A stretch of 64,000 bases of DNA from Octopus vulgaris (GCA_951406725.2 OX597817.1:150722001-150786000), one strand, 5' to 3'. Numbered from the stretch's first letter, positions 1 to 13,094 are shown. A program made the numbers and translations. The notes: generated by a model from the letters alone, not told the origin.

Positions 1-711
1 TACTCTGCTCTCCGGCTGCTACTCTGTTCTAGTCTGAACTCTGACATCTAGGGTTCTCCCACTATATCTATGTATTGGGCTAGCCTACTTCATCGTCTGG
101 GGGCGTCCACACAATAGAAACATAAGTAAATCAGTGACTTGTTTATTAAGAGATAAAAGGTTTGTATTGATAATAGGTATTTGCCTTGAACAACAGTAAG
201 GAGCTGTTTACAACTGGGTTTTTTGTTAGATCCATTTTTACTTATTGTCTTCATAAATGATTTGCCATTCTTAACTGAAATATGTGCAATGTCTTTGATG
301 ACGATTAAAATTTTCACGACTCGATGACATTAAGAGCACTATATTTACAGGCTTTGTCTGTTCCCTAGCTAAGGAATCGACCATACAGAAACTACCTCAT
401 TATCTCATTTACATTATATTTTCATATAAGACTAAACCTGTGCTAGATATATTACTTGCTCTATTTTCTTTTTGGTTACACTTGGGGCACCAAGACTAGA
501 ATGCTTTTATTATGGCAATTAATGATTTCTCAAAATTTGCTCAGAGCTACTCCTTAACAGTGCACTGCACTGGTTATTGCATGTCTTTCTGTGTGTACAT
601 AAATGTACCAGAACATGCTTATAAATAAACAACCTACATTTTTACTAGACATGTTTTTATTGCTACAATTTCTTAGGAGTAAATAATCTTGTATAACTTA
701 TTTGTTTCTAG

Positions 712-846
712 AAACAATATGTAAATGAAGAAGAAACTGTTCGACAGACATTGAAAGATGTGTACACTGAACGGACTGAATACACTAAACTGCAAAGTCG
801 GACTATTTCAGATTTAAAATTACTTAAATCAGAAATCATTCAAAAG
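712..846 (+). CDS. Bfr1/PPI-like coiled-coil protein, first coding exon visible in window (gene 5'-partial)
   Basis: Acceptor tttgtttctAG|712, donor AAG|gtatgt; 135 nt, phase 0-0; KQYVNEEETVRQTLKDVYTERTEYTKLQSRTISDLKLLKSEIIQK. Confidence 0.85.
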
Positions 847-1114
847 GTATGTTTATTATTTAATATGAAATATCTATTTGGTTGTATTATAACATTTTTT
901 CAGATTAATTGTTGGATATTGATATTAACATTGCAGGGTTGGTGTATTGATAGAATCAATAGAGTAATGCAGTATTTGTGTACTTTTATGCTTTGAGTTC
1001 AAATCCTTGGAGTTGATTAAATATGTACCAGTTTAATTCACTGGACCCTTTTCCCTACATCTGAGGCATGGTGACATTGTAAGGCAAAAAAATATTAATA
1101 TTAATTATTAATAG

Positions 1115-1475
1115 GGTACAGACATGGCTGTGTGGTAAGGAAACTTGCTTTGCAACCATGTGGTCTCAGGTTCAGTCCTGTTTGACACTTTGGGAAGGTG
1201 TCTTCTACAATAGTCCTGGGCTGACCATTGTTCGTTGATGGTAACTGTGTGGAGGTTTTTTATATTGTTGTGCGTTCTTGTGTTTGTCACCTACCACCAC
1301 TTGACAGATAGTATTGGTTTGTTTACATCCCCTTGACTTAGTGGTTCAGCAAGAGGGAACAATAGAATGAGTACCAGACTTAAAATAAGCATTGGGACCA
1401 TTTGGTTCACTATACCATTGAAGATGGTGTCCCAACATATCTGAAGTGCAATGGTTGAAGCAGCCAAAATATAAA
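1115..1475 (+). mobile_element. tRNA-derived SINE, Meta-domain-like family (degenerate copy)
   Basis: Head tggctgtgtggtaag...ggttcagtcc, tail cttagtggttcagcaa; matches better-preserved copies at 22275 and 55120. Confidence 0.7.
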
Positions 1476-1789
1476 ATCAATATTCTATTGACATTAAATG
1501 TAAATTAATTTGAAATTATATTCATACTGAAAATATATAGGTTTACTTGAGCAAACTAACAAGGTAATGGCTATGGTAAAATGTTATTGAAATACATTAA
1601 AAAAAAAAATTATAAGTGCCTTGATGAGAGTAAAATTTAATGAATAGTGGAGGGCACTGCATCAAATACCAATTTCATTTTCCTTTTTGCACATTAATAT
1701 TTTCATCCTGGTGTGTGTATGTTCGTGTGTGTGTACACATACACACACACATATTATCATCATCATTTAAGCATCCGTTGTCCAGGAAC

Positions 1790-3150
1790 TGCAGTTATTT
1801 GTGTGAGCCTGGAAAATTGCCATCAGAGACCCCCCCCACAAACAATATCATTACAGTGGCACTAAAGAGTAATGGTTTTACCAGAACCATAGCCCAGTTA
1901 TAGCAGAAGAAACTCTAATTCCACTACTCCTATGCTCTCATTAGACAGCATATCAACACCCTTGATGCCATTTGGAAACTGATTGCGGCAAGGATGTCAA
2001 AAAGATGGAGAAAAGGAACAGAAAAGCCTCCAGCAGTCCCTTAAAAGATCAAAACCAAAATTACAACTAAGAGACCTGCAAATGGAGGAAACACTGATTC
2101 TAGCCCTGTCCCTACCACAATAGCCAACCAAAGAGTTGAGTGGGTTGCAAAAGGAAAACCAAAACACATAACTGACAAAACAAAAGCTGTCAGAAACAAC
2201 GAAGAGCAAGGAGTAAAAGAAAAGGAAAAGGAAGAAAAAACAGAAAACTTTGGAGCAAAACAGAAGACCCCCAACAAAAAACACAGGAGGTACAAGAATA
2301 AAAACAAAAAACATGCAGATTTTATCTGCAAGGGAACTGCTGGCATGGTGATGATAGTGCAAAATGCTGCTTTGCACATCAGAAACCCTGCCAAAACTGC
2401 CTGGGTGTAAAACAATACTCCCTTCCAGTAAGAGGACAAAAGGAAAAGCACCTACTAAGATAAAATTGCACCATCTGCTCCCCAAGGACAATATGCAGAT
2501 GTAGTGCTTACCCCAACAAATAGTCAGTGTCACCCAGATATGAAAAAGGCAGCAGCTGAACAAAAGATTTTTTTTTTTGCATAGCACAAAAGATTGTACA
2601 ACAGCTGACCTGGCTACAAGCACAAACTTGGAACCACACAACTCCACTACAGACAATAGATTACAAGATGGCTACCACTAACACCAACACAGGTGTCACA
2701 CAAATATTTCTTTTGAACATTGGAGGTCTGTTGCACCTCAACTGCAAAACAAAAATGCCTTTCCCAAGAGATCTTGCTGCATGCAATCAAGCCCTATGCA
2801 TAGTATTGTGAAATCTTAGACCTGATATAGGGAATGCAGAAGTACACATACCAAAATCTGTTGTAATATGCACAGACAAAAGAAAAGAGCTATGGTGGTG
2901 TTGCTGTGTACATCTGAGAGGCCCTCATGCTCCAGGTCCTGCTGTTATATTCAAGCTAACTGGAAACTGATTGAGAAAGAGGTCCTCAAACAGGATTGGC
3001 CTAAATGTATCCCCACACCAGACATTGATATGAAACTCAAACATTTCAAGTCTATAATGCAAGCCATGTGCAACAAATCTGTCCCAGAGCACAAGGCCAA
3101 TATACACAAAGGCAAGGTCCTTAGGGAGAGGAAAATTCTTATGAAATAAC
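1790..3150 (+). mobile_element. Degenerate LINE fragment (ORF1-like region plus AP-endonuclease remnants), intronic
   Basis: Frameshifted LNIGGL / YGGVAVYI endonuclease-like motifs at ~2710-2915; QANWKLIEKEVLKQDW resembles KADWGAIRKDLSFIDW of the LINE at 43.7 kb. Confidence 0.55.
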
Positions 3151-3240
3151 ATGGTACTTTGGGCATGTGTTTTCTACTAGAGCCATGGGTTGACCAAAGC
3201 TTTGTGAGTGAATATGGTTGACAGGAACTGAAAGAAACCT

Positions 3241-3277
<37 letters not shown>

Positions 3278-3675
3278 ACATTTGTGCTTCTTCAACAACT
3301 ACTTATCTACAAGCTGTGGAATTTTTGTCATTTCTGCCCTGTTAACAAACCATCTGTTGGCTCTCTGCTTTCAAAACTGTAGTATAAGAGATCCCTTACT
3401 TGTAAAACAAGTAAGCATTTGTGACAGGAAAGGGATGTTGTAAAAACAATACCTCAATTATATATTTGTTTAATCCATGCTGGTATGGATGTAAAAAAAA
3501 CCAAAACAGAAATGTGTTGAATTATGAATTTTTTGTTTTGGTTATAAAGATATACTTGCAATCCTCAATAATTTCATGGATGTTTTCAAAATTCTTTCTC
3601 TTTCTTTTAGGTTTTATTATCTTGCTTCAGCATTATTGTTGTAATTGTTTTCCATTTCTTCATTCCTGTTTTCAG

Positions 3676-3746
3676 AACAATACCTTGTCAAATTTGCAAT
3701 CAGGTTTAACGTATAAGAATGAAAACAAGATAAATGAAGCTATCAA
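3676..3746 (+). CDS. Bfr1/PPI-like protein, internal exon
   Basis: Acceptor cctgttttcAG, donor AA|gtatgt; 71 nt, phase 0-2; NNTLSNLQSGLTYKNENKINEAI(K). Confidence 0.85.
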
Positions 3747-4193
3747 GTATGTGTAATCTTTTCTTTGTTTTATTTTTCTTTCATTTTATAGAATATTTAT
3801 GAGCAAAATAAATAAGCAAATTTAATTAATAAGAATAGTAAACTTGAGGAAATTTTGTGACCCTTCACACTTGCACCTGAGGGTGACTACTCCCATTCCT
3901 TCACAACTTCTCTCTTGTCAGACCTTTGTCAGTAGACAATATGTAAAATCTCCCTTATGCAATACTATATTTTTTTGAATTGTTAACATGTAATGTAAGA
4001 AAAAAATCTTTTTAAATATAGAAGATATGCTTTTTTTTTTCTTTTACATCAGCACCAGTTCAATGTTGCTTTTTATCTAATCATGTTGTTATACATTTAG
4101 TCTGTACCACGTTTAGCTTGCACTTGCTGTTGTTTAATTGTTGTGAACATAATTCTATAAATGTTATAATTTGTACATCTACTTAATTAATAG

Positions 4194-4295
4194 GAATTTG
4201 GAGCGGCAATTAAACTGTAACAACTTTACACTTCGTGAAGAAAAAAAAATTGTTGCAGAGATAGACAGCTTGAAGAGATCTAAGAAACCTTTAGC
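4194..4295 (+). CDS. Bfr1/PPI-like protein, internal exon with LE..L...F.L.EEKK.VAEI..L motif
   Basis: Acceptor aatAG, donor GC|gtatgt; 102 nt, phase 2-2; NLERQLNCNNFTLREEKKIVAEIDSLKRSKKPL(A). Confidence 0.85.
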
Positions 4296-5341
4296 GTATG
4301 TATAACTTTATATTGAAGTTTTAATATGTGTATATATTTAACAAACTTGCTTTCCTTCCTTAAGCCTTTCTGGTTTCTTCGCAGCTTCATTTATTTCTAT
4401 CTTTCATAGTCTCTTTCTCACACACTTACCACCCACATTTGCCTTTCAGCATTAGGAAGGGCACCCAGCCATAGAAACCATGCCAAAGCTGACAGAGCTT
4501 GATGCAGCCCTGCAGCTTGTCAGGCCCTGTCAAACTGTCCAGCTTGGAAAATGGATGTGAAATGTGGATGATGATAATGGATGTGGGATAACACTGGATA
4601 CCCCCACTACACACCGTCACCTACACTATACTTTTCTCTCTCTCTTTCTCCTCCTCACACGTTAACCCTTGACACCAATCCTTTCTCTTTTTTCTTTGTT
4701 TTCCTGATCCTTTCATATTCTCTTCCATGATAATAAATCTATTCCTTTCACCATACTCTGCCCCCTCTCAGCACACGGCTTAAAATCATCTCTCTCTCTC
4801 TCTCTCCCTTCCTCCCTTGTATTAGTTATGGGGTTTCTTTATTAATGAGTGGACAAAACAACAAATGATTTTATAAAGCTGAATACCTCAACAAAATTGA
4901 AAAAAATTAATGCATTGCAGATTCGTTGATTACCTATTGTATAACGATGTCCTATTGGTTTAATATATGATATGTACACCTGAGAATAATTGCATTTATC
5001 TCGCATTTGTGACATATGGCATTTCTTGCTACACATTTTTCACGACTATTTGCCTACATTTCTAAGGAACAGCTGCTGAAATTTGATGTTCTAGTAGTAC
5101 TAGTAGTAGTTACTATGCATCAGGAAAGCAGTTAATAAATTGATGCGGCAAGTCGACATTGACCTTAAGCAAGGGAAAGAACTCAACCATCGTCTAACAT
5201 CAGTTATAAAACAATGTAGAATAAAACGCAGGATAATGCTAATAATATAGCCTGAACAGGATAAGCTACTCTTATTTTGCAGAAAAAAGTGTTGGCGGTA
5301 AAATAGGGGTAGCTTATCCTGTTCAGGCTATATTATTAGCA

Positions 5342-5545
5342 CGCCGGGCGAAATGCTTAGCAGTATTTCGCCTGTCATTACGTTGTGAGTTCAAATTCTG
5401 CCGAGGTCGACTTTGCCTTTCATCCTTTCGGGGTCGATAAATAAAGTACCAATTTGGCACTGGGGTCGATGTAATCGACTTAATCCCTTTGTCTGTCCTT
5501 GTTTGTCCCCTCTGTGTTTAGCCCCTTGTGGGTAGTAAAGAAATA
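5342..5545 (+). mobile_element. SINE with Deu/Nin-like core domain, 13-bp TSD
   Basis: Core gactttgcctttcatcctttcggggtcgataaa; TSD tatattattagca at 5329-5341 and 5546-5558. Other copies at ~12575-12772(-), 17675-17890(+), 34388-34580(+), 37338-37568(-), 62485-62707(-). Confidence 0.85.
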
Positions 5546-6492
5546 TATATTATTAGCATTATCCTGCGTTTGAGAATTTAAAATCACTTCTTTAACTTTC
5601 TGAGTCATCTCAATGCTTCTAAAGCAAACTTCGTTTGTTTGTTTACGTTCATCGTAATCTGAATTTAATGTAGAATAAGTTCATCATTGTTTTAATGTCT
5701 ACATTTACTTGTTTGCATGGGTCGGATGGAATTTGGGAAGTAGATTTTCTGTGGACAGACGACCTTCTTCTCGCCAATCCTCACCTGTTTCCAAGCAAGG
5801 TAATATTTCCCCATGGCTAAATAGGTTTTCCATGGAAGACTAGAAATGAACAACATGACTTGTAAGATGGTGATGCTTGTTTACAGCTATCATGTGATGT
5901 TAAGTCAAATGGACACATACATACACTAGGTTTCTTTCAGTTTTCATCTTCCAAATCACCTCACAAGGCTTTGGTTATCTTGGTGCTATAATAGAATATC
6001 CTTGCCGAAAATGTCCTTCAGTGTACCGAACCTGAAACCACATGGTTGGAAAGCAAGCTTTTTAAGTATACAACCAAGCCTGTGCCTACTGCTACATCTG
6101 CACCTACCTTCTTAATTAAGCATTCCACCCATCCCTCCTAAACGTGAAGATCATGAAACAAAGGTTATGCCATACTATTATCAAGGATCTTTTCTGGTGA
6201 ACACACATCTTCAACATAAATATCATTACAAAATCTGGCTTTGCTCTGTCAGAATGAGAAAATACTCCAGCCTCCGTTTTCTATTCACTCTTTATAAAAC
6301 CACAGTGGAACTACCAACACAGTATTGCACCCACATTTGGGATAGTGCTGATACTTTACACTAACATCTGAGACCACAGCCACAGAAGGGCCACTCACTT
6401 GATTTTATTTCTTTTGTGCATATCACAATATTTGTAGAAGTTTTTTGCTTTGTGCATTTCTTATGTTAATTTCTGGTATTCGTGTTTTGTAG

Positions 6493-6565
6493 GAACTATA
6501 GGGCACAAAAGAAAGAAATTGATGAACTCAGGGCACAACAGACGAAAAAACGCAAAGAAAATGAT
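6493..6565 (+). CDS. Bfr1/PPI-like protein, internal exon
   Basis: Acceptor gttttgtAG, donor GAT|gtaagt; 73 nt, phase 2-0; NYRAQKKEIDELRAQQTKKRKEND. Confidence 0.85.
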
Positions 6566-7848
6566 GTAAGTTTTTTTTTTTTGTATATGTGTATAGGAAT
6601 CTTCTCAAATTATCTGCACTGTTAAACTAAAATCACATTATTTTATCAAATCCTTTTATATATATAAGTTTGTTATCAATTTTTTCACCTTGGAATTGGC
6701 AGGATGGTTTTACAAATAGGGTTATATATAGGAAGTAATGTTTTTTAAAGTAATCCACGTCTCTTTACTAGTAACTTCGCTTTAAAAAAAAAGAGTTACT
6801 CAAGACCTAAGTAAGCAGAGTTATGTGCCTTGTTAAGGAGCATAATACTTTTGATATCAATCTGCTCAAGACTACCTCGGGTTCTATGGCACAAACTGCC
6901 TCTTTTAAAGTGATTTAAATTAAAACCTTTCCTCAAAATTTCATATATAACACCAGCTTAATAAGGACAAAGTTATTTAAGTAGCTTTTTTCATTATTTT
7001 CCGAATTGTGTATTTCGAAAGAAATATAGCGATAAAAGAGTTTTAAAGAATTACTTGTTAGTCTGTCTTTTTACTTTCACGTTGTCCCATTCATTTACAA
7101 ATTTAAAAACTAAGAGGGATTTGCTGTTAAAGGGAAGAATTAAAAATTCCATTGAGAGTATTGTTCCAGTATTATTCTATTTGGTTACTAGTTATTCAGT
7201 ATTGATTCATTTGTTAATATTAACAAAATTTTTCAAACTTAAACAAGAGTGTTTCATTTAATCAAATTTAATTTAATGCTTGTTTCTGATTAACCAATAG
7301 AAAGTCTATGCAAGGTATACCTTTTTACGTGCATCTTGTCTAAATCAAGTCTACAAATATCATAAATAAGAAACATTTGTGTAGTACTATGTTGAAGAAA
7401 AAGTGAACTAAAAGCAATTAATTATTTTATTAAACGAGATAGAACTTAGGAATGGAATTTAGAAAATGCATATATAGTAGTGTGAAACTTGTAATGTTGA
7501 CATTATAGACAAAAAAATATATTAATTTTTTTTTGTCTAATGTCAGTAATATTTTATTCTCACAATTTCATTGAGATGCCATTCGTAGAATTACACATAG
7601 TGATAAAATATATTGACTGACTCAATCAAATTGATTTAAGATGTTCTAAATCTGGGACGTTGTTATCCCTTCATAAAGACAAAGATTAATGTAATTTAAA
7701 ATATTCACAAATTAAAACAAGTTAATTGCCAATTAAATCCTTATAATTTTAGCATTAGTGTCAGAAGGTAGCACTATATAGACAAATTACATTTTTTTTC
7801 CATAAAGAAGAATTTTAGATATAGTACTGTGTTCGCTTCTTTTTCTAG

Positions 7849-7945
7849 GATTACTATCACAAAATTGTTCACCTTCGGGATAAAGAAGAAGAAAAACAAA
7901 AACGTTTAGTGTTCTTACAGAAAAGCATTAAAGAACTGCATTCAG
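7849..7945 (+). CDS. Bfr1/PPI-like protein, internal exon
   Basis: Acceptor cttctttttctAG, donor CAG|gtaagc; 97 nt, phase 0-1; DYYHKIVHLRDKEEEKQKRLVFLQKSIKELHS. Confidence 0.88.
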
Positions 7946-8805
7946 GTAAGCTGTTTTTTTTCTTCTTTTTTAACATTACCAGGAATAATACTTTAACTAT
8001 ATCTCAGGGAAGAAATATTACATATTATATTGGTAAATTTTTCAGTTGTTACTGTATCTAATAATTGATAAAGCAGTTTTGTGTAAAAAAGAGATTTTAC
8101 TTCTTTTTATTTAAAACACCAGTTTTTTCACTAAATTAGATAGCTTGAAATATTTAAAAAGTAAAATTTGATGGAAAACAGTTCATATAGTGAAGGATCA
8201 ACTAAAAATAGCCCTTGTCTTTTCTGTATTCTTTGCTATTTTCTTTGAATTTATTATCAAGAGAACTTACACTTAAAATAAATATAGTAGTCTTATGAAT
8301 GTGCTTGAAAGTTTTAATACTGTAAAATGATGAATTAATGAGGAAGCCAATCTGCTAAAAATAGCAGATAAATTTCCCTCAAAATCTTATTTTACCATCT
8401 TAAAAATTGTAAGACACATTTGATAATGTGGTTCTAGACATGCTCTCTTTTTAAAAATGATGGGAATGTTACCACTAGAATGCTTTACATTTGCTCAGTC
8501 GGGATATGAGTAAAATACAGCAGATAACCACTCGCCTTGATCCTACATCATTGCATTTATCTGGGGCTTCATCACTTTTTCTCATGCTTTCATCGGTTCT
8601 TTTTTGTCAGGATCACTTCAATACACATCATTTATTTTCTAACATGGTCTCCATTTCACTTCCTACTTCTTCAATATTGATTTAAGCAGAAATCCTGACA
8701 GTGTTTGTTGTCTCCCTTAGAGAGGTGACTTTACCAAATTGCTAATGCAAGTTTATTTAATTCATTTTTTCTTGTTTCTTTTTTCTCCCTCCCTTTTTCT
8801 TTTAG

Positions 8806-8971
8806 AAATTGAAACGTTAGAAGAACAAAAGAGAGTACTTTTAGCTGATTTCAAGAAACAAGAAAAAGACTACAATGTCATGAAAGACATTGCTCGTAAG
8901 AAGAAACACAAACGTACTCAACCTCAAGAAGAAGAAAAAACACAGCATGAAAAAATAACTAATTATATAAG
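8806..8971 (+). CDS. Bfr1/PPI-like protein, internal exon
   Basis: Long polypyrimidine tract + tttAG, donor AG|gtattt; 166 nt, phase 1-2; EIETLEEQKRVLLADFKKQEKDYNVMKDIARKKKHKRTQPQEEEKTQHEKITNYI(R), inside ORF 8739..9086. Confidence 0.88.
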
Positions 8972-9157
8972 GTATTTAATATTCCTAAAACTTTCTTCTC
9001 TCAATGTATTGTCAAAGAAAGTATGGCTGACCAAGTGGTTAAAAATCTTGCATTATTTTCATAAATTTAAAGTGATCAGTCTTTAAGCTTCCTTTTGGAT
9101 ACAATTCATTGCTCTACAGGTCTCAGTTTAATTAGGTGAAAGTTGCTACCACTGGTG

Positions 9158-9492
9158 AAGGCACATGGCTCAGTGGTTAGAGTATCAAGCTCACAATTAT
9201 GAGGTGGTGAGTTTGATTCCTGGACCAGGCTGTGTGTTGTGTTCTTGAGCAAGACACTTTATTTCATGTTGCTCCTGTTCACTCAGTTGTAGAAATGAGT
9301 TGCAACATCACTGGTGCCAAGCTGTATTGGCCTTTGCATTTCCCTTGGATAACATTGGTTGTGTGGAGAGGGGAGGCTGATATACATGGGTGACTGCTGG
9401 TCTTCCATAAACAACCTTGCCCAAACTCGTGCTTTGGAGAGTAACTTTCTAGGTGCAATTCCATGTTCGTTTGTGACCAAAGTGGGTCTTTA
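9158..9492 (+). mobile_element. tRNA-derived SINE (second family)
   Basis: A-box tggctcagtgg, B-box-like gtttgattcc, body gttcttgagcaagacact; related copies at ~35550-35875(-) and 62090-62355(+). Confidence 0.7.
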
Positions 9493-9509
9493 CCAATAAA
9501 GATATATTT

Positions 9510-9762
9510 ACCTGTACAGGTGGCACATAAAAAGCACCATTTGAGCGTGGCTGTTGCCAGTACCGCCTGACTGGCTCATGTGCTGGTGGCATGTAAAAGC
9601 ATCCACTACACTCTCGGAGTGGTTGGCGTTAGGAAGGGCATCCGGCTGTAGAAACAGCCAGATCAGATTGGAGCCCGATGCAGCCTTCTGGTTCACCAGT
9701 CCCCAGTCAAATCGTCCAACCCATGCTAGCATGAAAATCGGATGTTAAACGATGATGATGAT
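9510..9762 (+). mobile_element. RTE-tailed non-autonomous retroposon/SINE ending in (GAT)n
   Basis: Core ggttggcgttaggaagggcatcc, tail catgctagcatg...gttaaacgatgatgatg; copies at ~13650-13975, 20270-20778, 22990-23281, 27930-28135, 28230-28413, 51960-52150(-), 55585-56182. Confidence 0.8.
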
Positions 9763-10029
9763 TATCATTAGGTGAAGGCTTAGGTAATGTCAGTTTCTAT
9801 ATTATTCAACCTCTACAAACAAAAGTGAAGAAATAAATATATCAACTTCTTCATACACAAATACATTCTCTATAGTATTGGTTTATTGGCTCATTGTCTT
9901 CTGAGATAAACTACATTATTTTATTCATATCCATCTTTTTAACTAAATCCAAAATGGGATTCCATTAACAAGCTGAGTGTTTAGCTTTAGTTGGGTTTAT
10001 CAGCTGTCATTTGTTAACCCAAAATTTTC

Positions 10030-10990
10030 CCAGAAATATTTAACACTTTTGTCTTAGGAGAAAGTTAGTAGGGTTAGGATTTACCATCCAAAGTCTTTTT
10101 ATTTTAAGCTGGGTGGAGGGAGGTGAGCAGTTTGACAAAATTCACATTTCAGACGGTCAAAAGCTTTACTGGTGTCAAAGACAACAGCATTGCTTTCACC
10201 AAATTTTTTTAGGGTGAAGGCCCATTTGTTGAGTGACATGGGTCTCCAATAGATCTAATTTTATTAAAGGGTCATTAAAGAGAGAGAAAAATTCAAGGTG
10301 TTAGAGGATGATGTTAATGGCTATCTTCATTGCCTTTGAAATTTTGGAAGTGATTGCAATAAAACAGACAACATTTGGCAGTGTTGCTCTTCTTGGGAAT
10401 GTGGCACACTACAGTATGTTTCCCTACAAAGACTGAGATATATCCTTGTAGAAGTGGTGGGGGAGAAAGGAAGGAAGGTTGAAGAGTTTAGTGAATATGA
10501 AAGTTATCTCTTGTCTGAGGGACATTTCCAGGGCTGGTGGCCTTTTTGGTTTGCATACATGCACAACAAGTACAAAAGTATTGTGTGTGCATGATGGTGA
10601 ATCACACAAAGTGGAATGAAATATTTTTGAAGGAGGTTTGTTTAGTGTGGTAGAATTTGATATAAAGCAGGCAACAAAGTTGGAGGAATTCTTTGAAAGA
10701 GTATTACTTATAGAACCACCATGGCTGTGGAGTAAAGGAAATGAGTTCAGATAATAGCCTTGCAAGTGTTGCATTGATGAGTAAACACCATCTAATTTGT
10801 TGGTGTGAAGGATTTTGTAAGCTTTACAAAACTTTCCAGATGTTGTAAGCTTTATTTCCTGAATAGCTGAAGTGCACTTGTGAGTGAGTTTTTGTTGTGT
10901 GTGGAAGGTGGAGGGACTGACAATTACTATCCATTTACTAGCAGCACACTCTGTCCATAGATACTTAATTCTTAATGACTCAGTCAATGG
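10030..10990 (-). mobile_element. Degenerate LINE ORF2/RT fragment (Jockey/CR1-like), intronic antisense
   Basis: ORF 10424..10987 with pre-RT-like segments (SGKFCKAYKIL, NFVACFISNST, IFTKLFNL); downstream on - strand AVVFDTSKAFDRL (RT motif) near 10130-10190. Confidence 0.65.
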
Positions 10991-11236
10991 AACTGTAATT
11001 ACATAATTGCTGATACAAAGTTTAATTTAATAATTTAATAATAACTGAATGTTGTGCCAATGTTGACCTAAAATGTTTCTGTTAGTGTAACTAACAGAAG
11101 ACATAATTTATCATAAGACCTGTTTTAATATACCCACTTAAATAAAAGAACAAAAGTGTCCAGGTTAAAAACAACATTTACTAAATATTTATTTGTACTG
11201 GTTTCTATATTTACTTTTTAATTTCTTTTTTAACAG

Positions 11237-11388
11237 GGAAGAAACAGTTGCTTCTCCAAACCCTAATGCCAAACGTATTCAGCATTGCAACATATTAATT
11301 AATTACCTACAACAGTTTACCAGTTTCAATGCAGTTTTAGGTTCTAGTCCATTACCCTCACCATCAGAGGAATTTGTATCTATTCCAG
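11237..11388 (+). CDS. Bfr1/PPI-like protein, internal exon with P....I..C..LI.YL motif
   Basis: Acceptor ttttttaacAG, donor CAG|gtttgt; 152 nt, phase 2-1; EETVASPNPNAKRIQHCNILINYLQQFTSFNAVLGSSPLPSPSEEFVSIP. Confidence 0.85.
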
Positions 11389-12201
11389 GTTTGTAAAAAC
11401 GTCATCTTTATCTCAGTATGTTTGTTCCTCTACATTCTGATTTCAAATCCAACCAGAGATGACTTTGTCGGCAAATATTATCTTATATAAAAAAAATGAT
11501 GTTACCATACGGCAATGAAAGAAACATTCCTACATCTTGACGGTTTTAGTAGAAAATTACTAAAAAAAAAATATTCAAAGGAGTTTTGAACTCTGCTTCC
11601 TCTTTGTAACTTGATTATCTTGCATATAAATTTTTATTAAATTAATGTTTGACATTGCTGTTGTTGTAACATCAGATAAGTCCTGTTCAAGCAGCTATGC
11701 ATCTTGGTGACATCGATTGCTTTGGATATGCTCTGCCTCTAACTGGACATTTGTTTCTTAGTCCGAGGTCAACTCTGCTTGTGTAGCTCTATAATCAAAA
11801 GCATTCTAATCATGGCCTTTCTGTCCATTTCTCAAGATCTCTCTCAGATTACATCATCCAATATCTCCTTTCTTTTTTGAGGCTAACCACAGTGTTCCTT
11901 ATAGTTGATTCCATATGGTGCAGTGTTGCCAGCTGGGCATCTTATATTTTTTGTCTGCTATCCAATCTAGTTGTGTATGTTTGAAGACTCTGGTAGCACA
12001 ATGGACGAAGACAAGATGAACTTAGTCCAAATGTGACAATTGTTGCTTGAACATGACAACTGATATTTCGAAGTTTGTGGTATATCTTTATTGTGGAACA
12101 TTGAAAAGTGAAGAAACTTATCTAAAAATGAATGTAGACATATGATATTTAACTTCCATGGGAAAGAATTTTAAATTTTGTATTTATTTCCACTTTGATA
12201 G

Positions 12202-12338
12202 GTCCTGCTTTAGAGATCAAAGATGATGATGGAGCCAAATATGTTTTATTAAAGAAAAGCAATGATACCTTCTTTAAAGAATTTAGTGTAAATAATCGGC
12301 AAAATAGAAAAAGTCGGAAAGGACGGAAAAAAACTTGT
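12202..12338 (+). CDS. Bfr1/PPI-like protein, internal exon with basic patch
   Basis: Acceptor ctttgatAG, donor TGT|gtgagt; 137 nt, phase 1-0; GPALEIKDDDGAKYVLLKKSNDTFFKEFSVNNRQNRKSRKGRKKTC. Confidence 0.85.
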
Positions 12339-12574
12339 GTGAGTTCTTGTTCATTTTATATTTAAAATATGATATTTAGCTGATTTGTATTCTTTGTAAT
12401 TTATTGAAGAATTACTTTAGTTTTTAAATAAGACTTACATGTGTCATGTCTAATTGATTACAGCAAATGCAATTGTGAAATAATCACTTAAGAAAAATAC
12501 TGTTTGCATTATGTTTCATATTATATATGTTTAATAGATTTTATGTAGTTATTAAACATTATAGAAATATATAT

Positions 12575-12772
12575 TTCTTTATTGCCCAAGGACAGACAAA
12601 GGGATTGAGTCGATTACATTGACCCCAGAGCATAACTGGTACTTATTTAATCGACCCCCGAAAGGATGAAAAGCAAAGTCGACCTTGGCAGAACTTGAAC
12701 TCAGCGGTATTTTGTCTGCCGTTCTAAGCATTTTGCTGAGCATGCTAATGTTTCTGCCAGCTCACTGCCTTA
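12575..12772 (-). mobile_element. SINE with Deu/Nin-like core, antisense copy
   Basis: Reverse complement of the 5342-5545 family (atcgacccccgaaaggatgaaaagcaaagtcgacc). Confidence 0.8.
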
Positions 12773-13094
12773 AAATTATTATAGAAATATAGACATTTTT
12801 ATTACCTGATTTTTTTTTTATCTCTAAATTCAGAACTTGAATCCATTTTTTTTATTATTTACTTTCATTGTCCCTCTCCACTTGTATTTTACATTTATTT
12901 CTCTTGTATGCTCCAAAATTAGCTATCTCTATAACTAACTTTGATTTTTTTTTTTTTCTTTCTGTTGTACTACTTTGATCAATTTCACAATATTGCTATG
13001 TTCCAAACATTTTTCTCTCATGAATTTCACAATATTAAATAACATAAAAAAATTAGATATTTATGTAGATATTTTTTTCATTTATTTTCTTCAG

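Noticed and set aside
1-111. Possible LTR end at the window edge (...ggcgtccacaca)
   Set aside because: Truncated by the window; no second terminus or TSD to verify.
1997-2656. 219-aa hydrophobic minus-strand ORF resembling a membrane protein
   Set aside because: It is the antisense of an A-rich LINE-derived segment inside an intron; the F/L/V richness follows from base composition.
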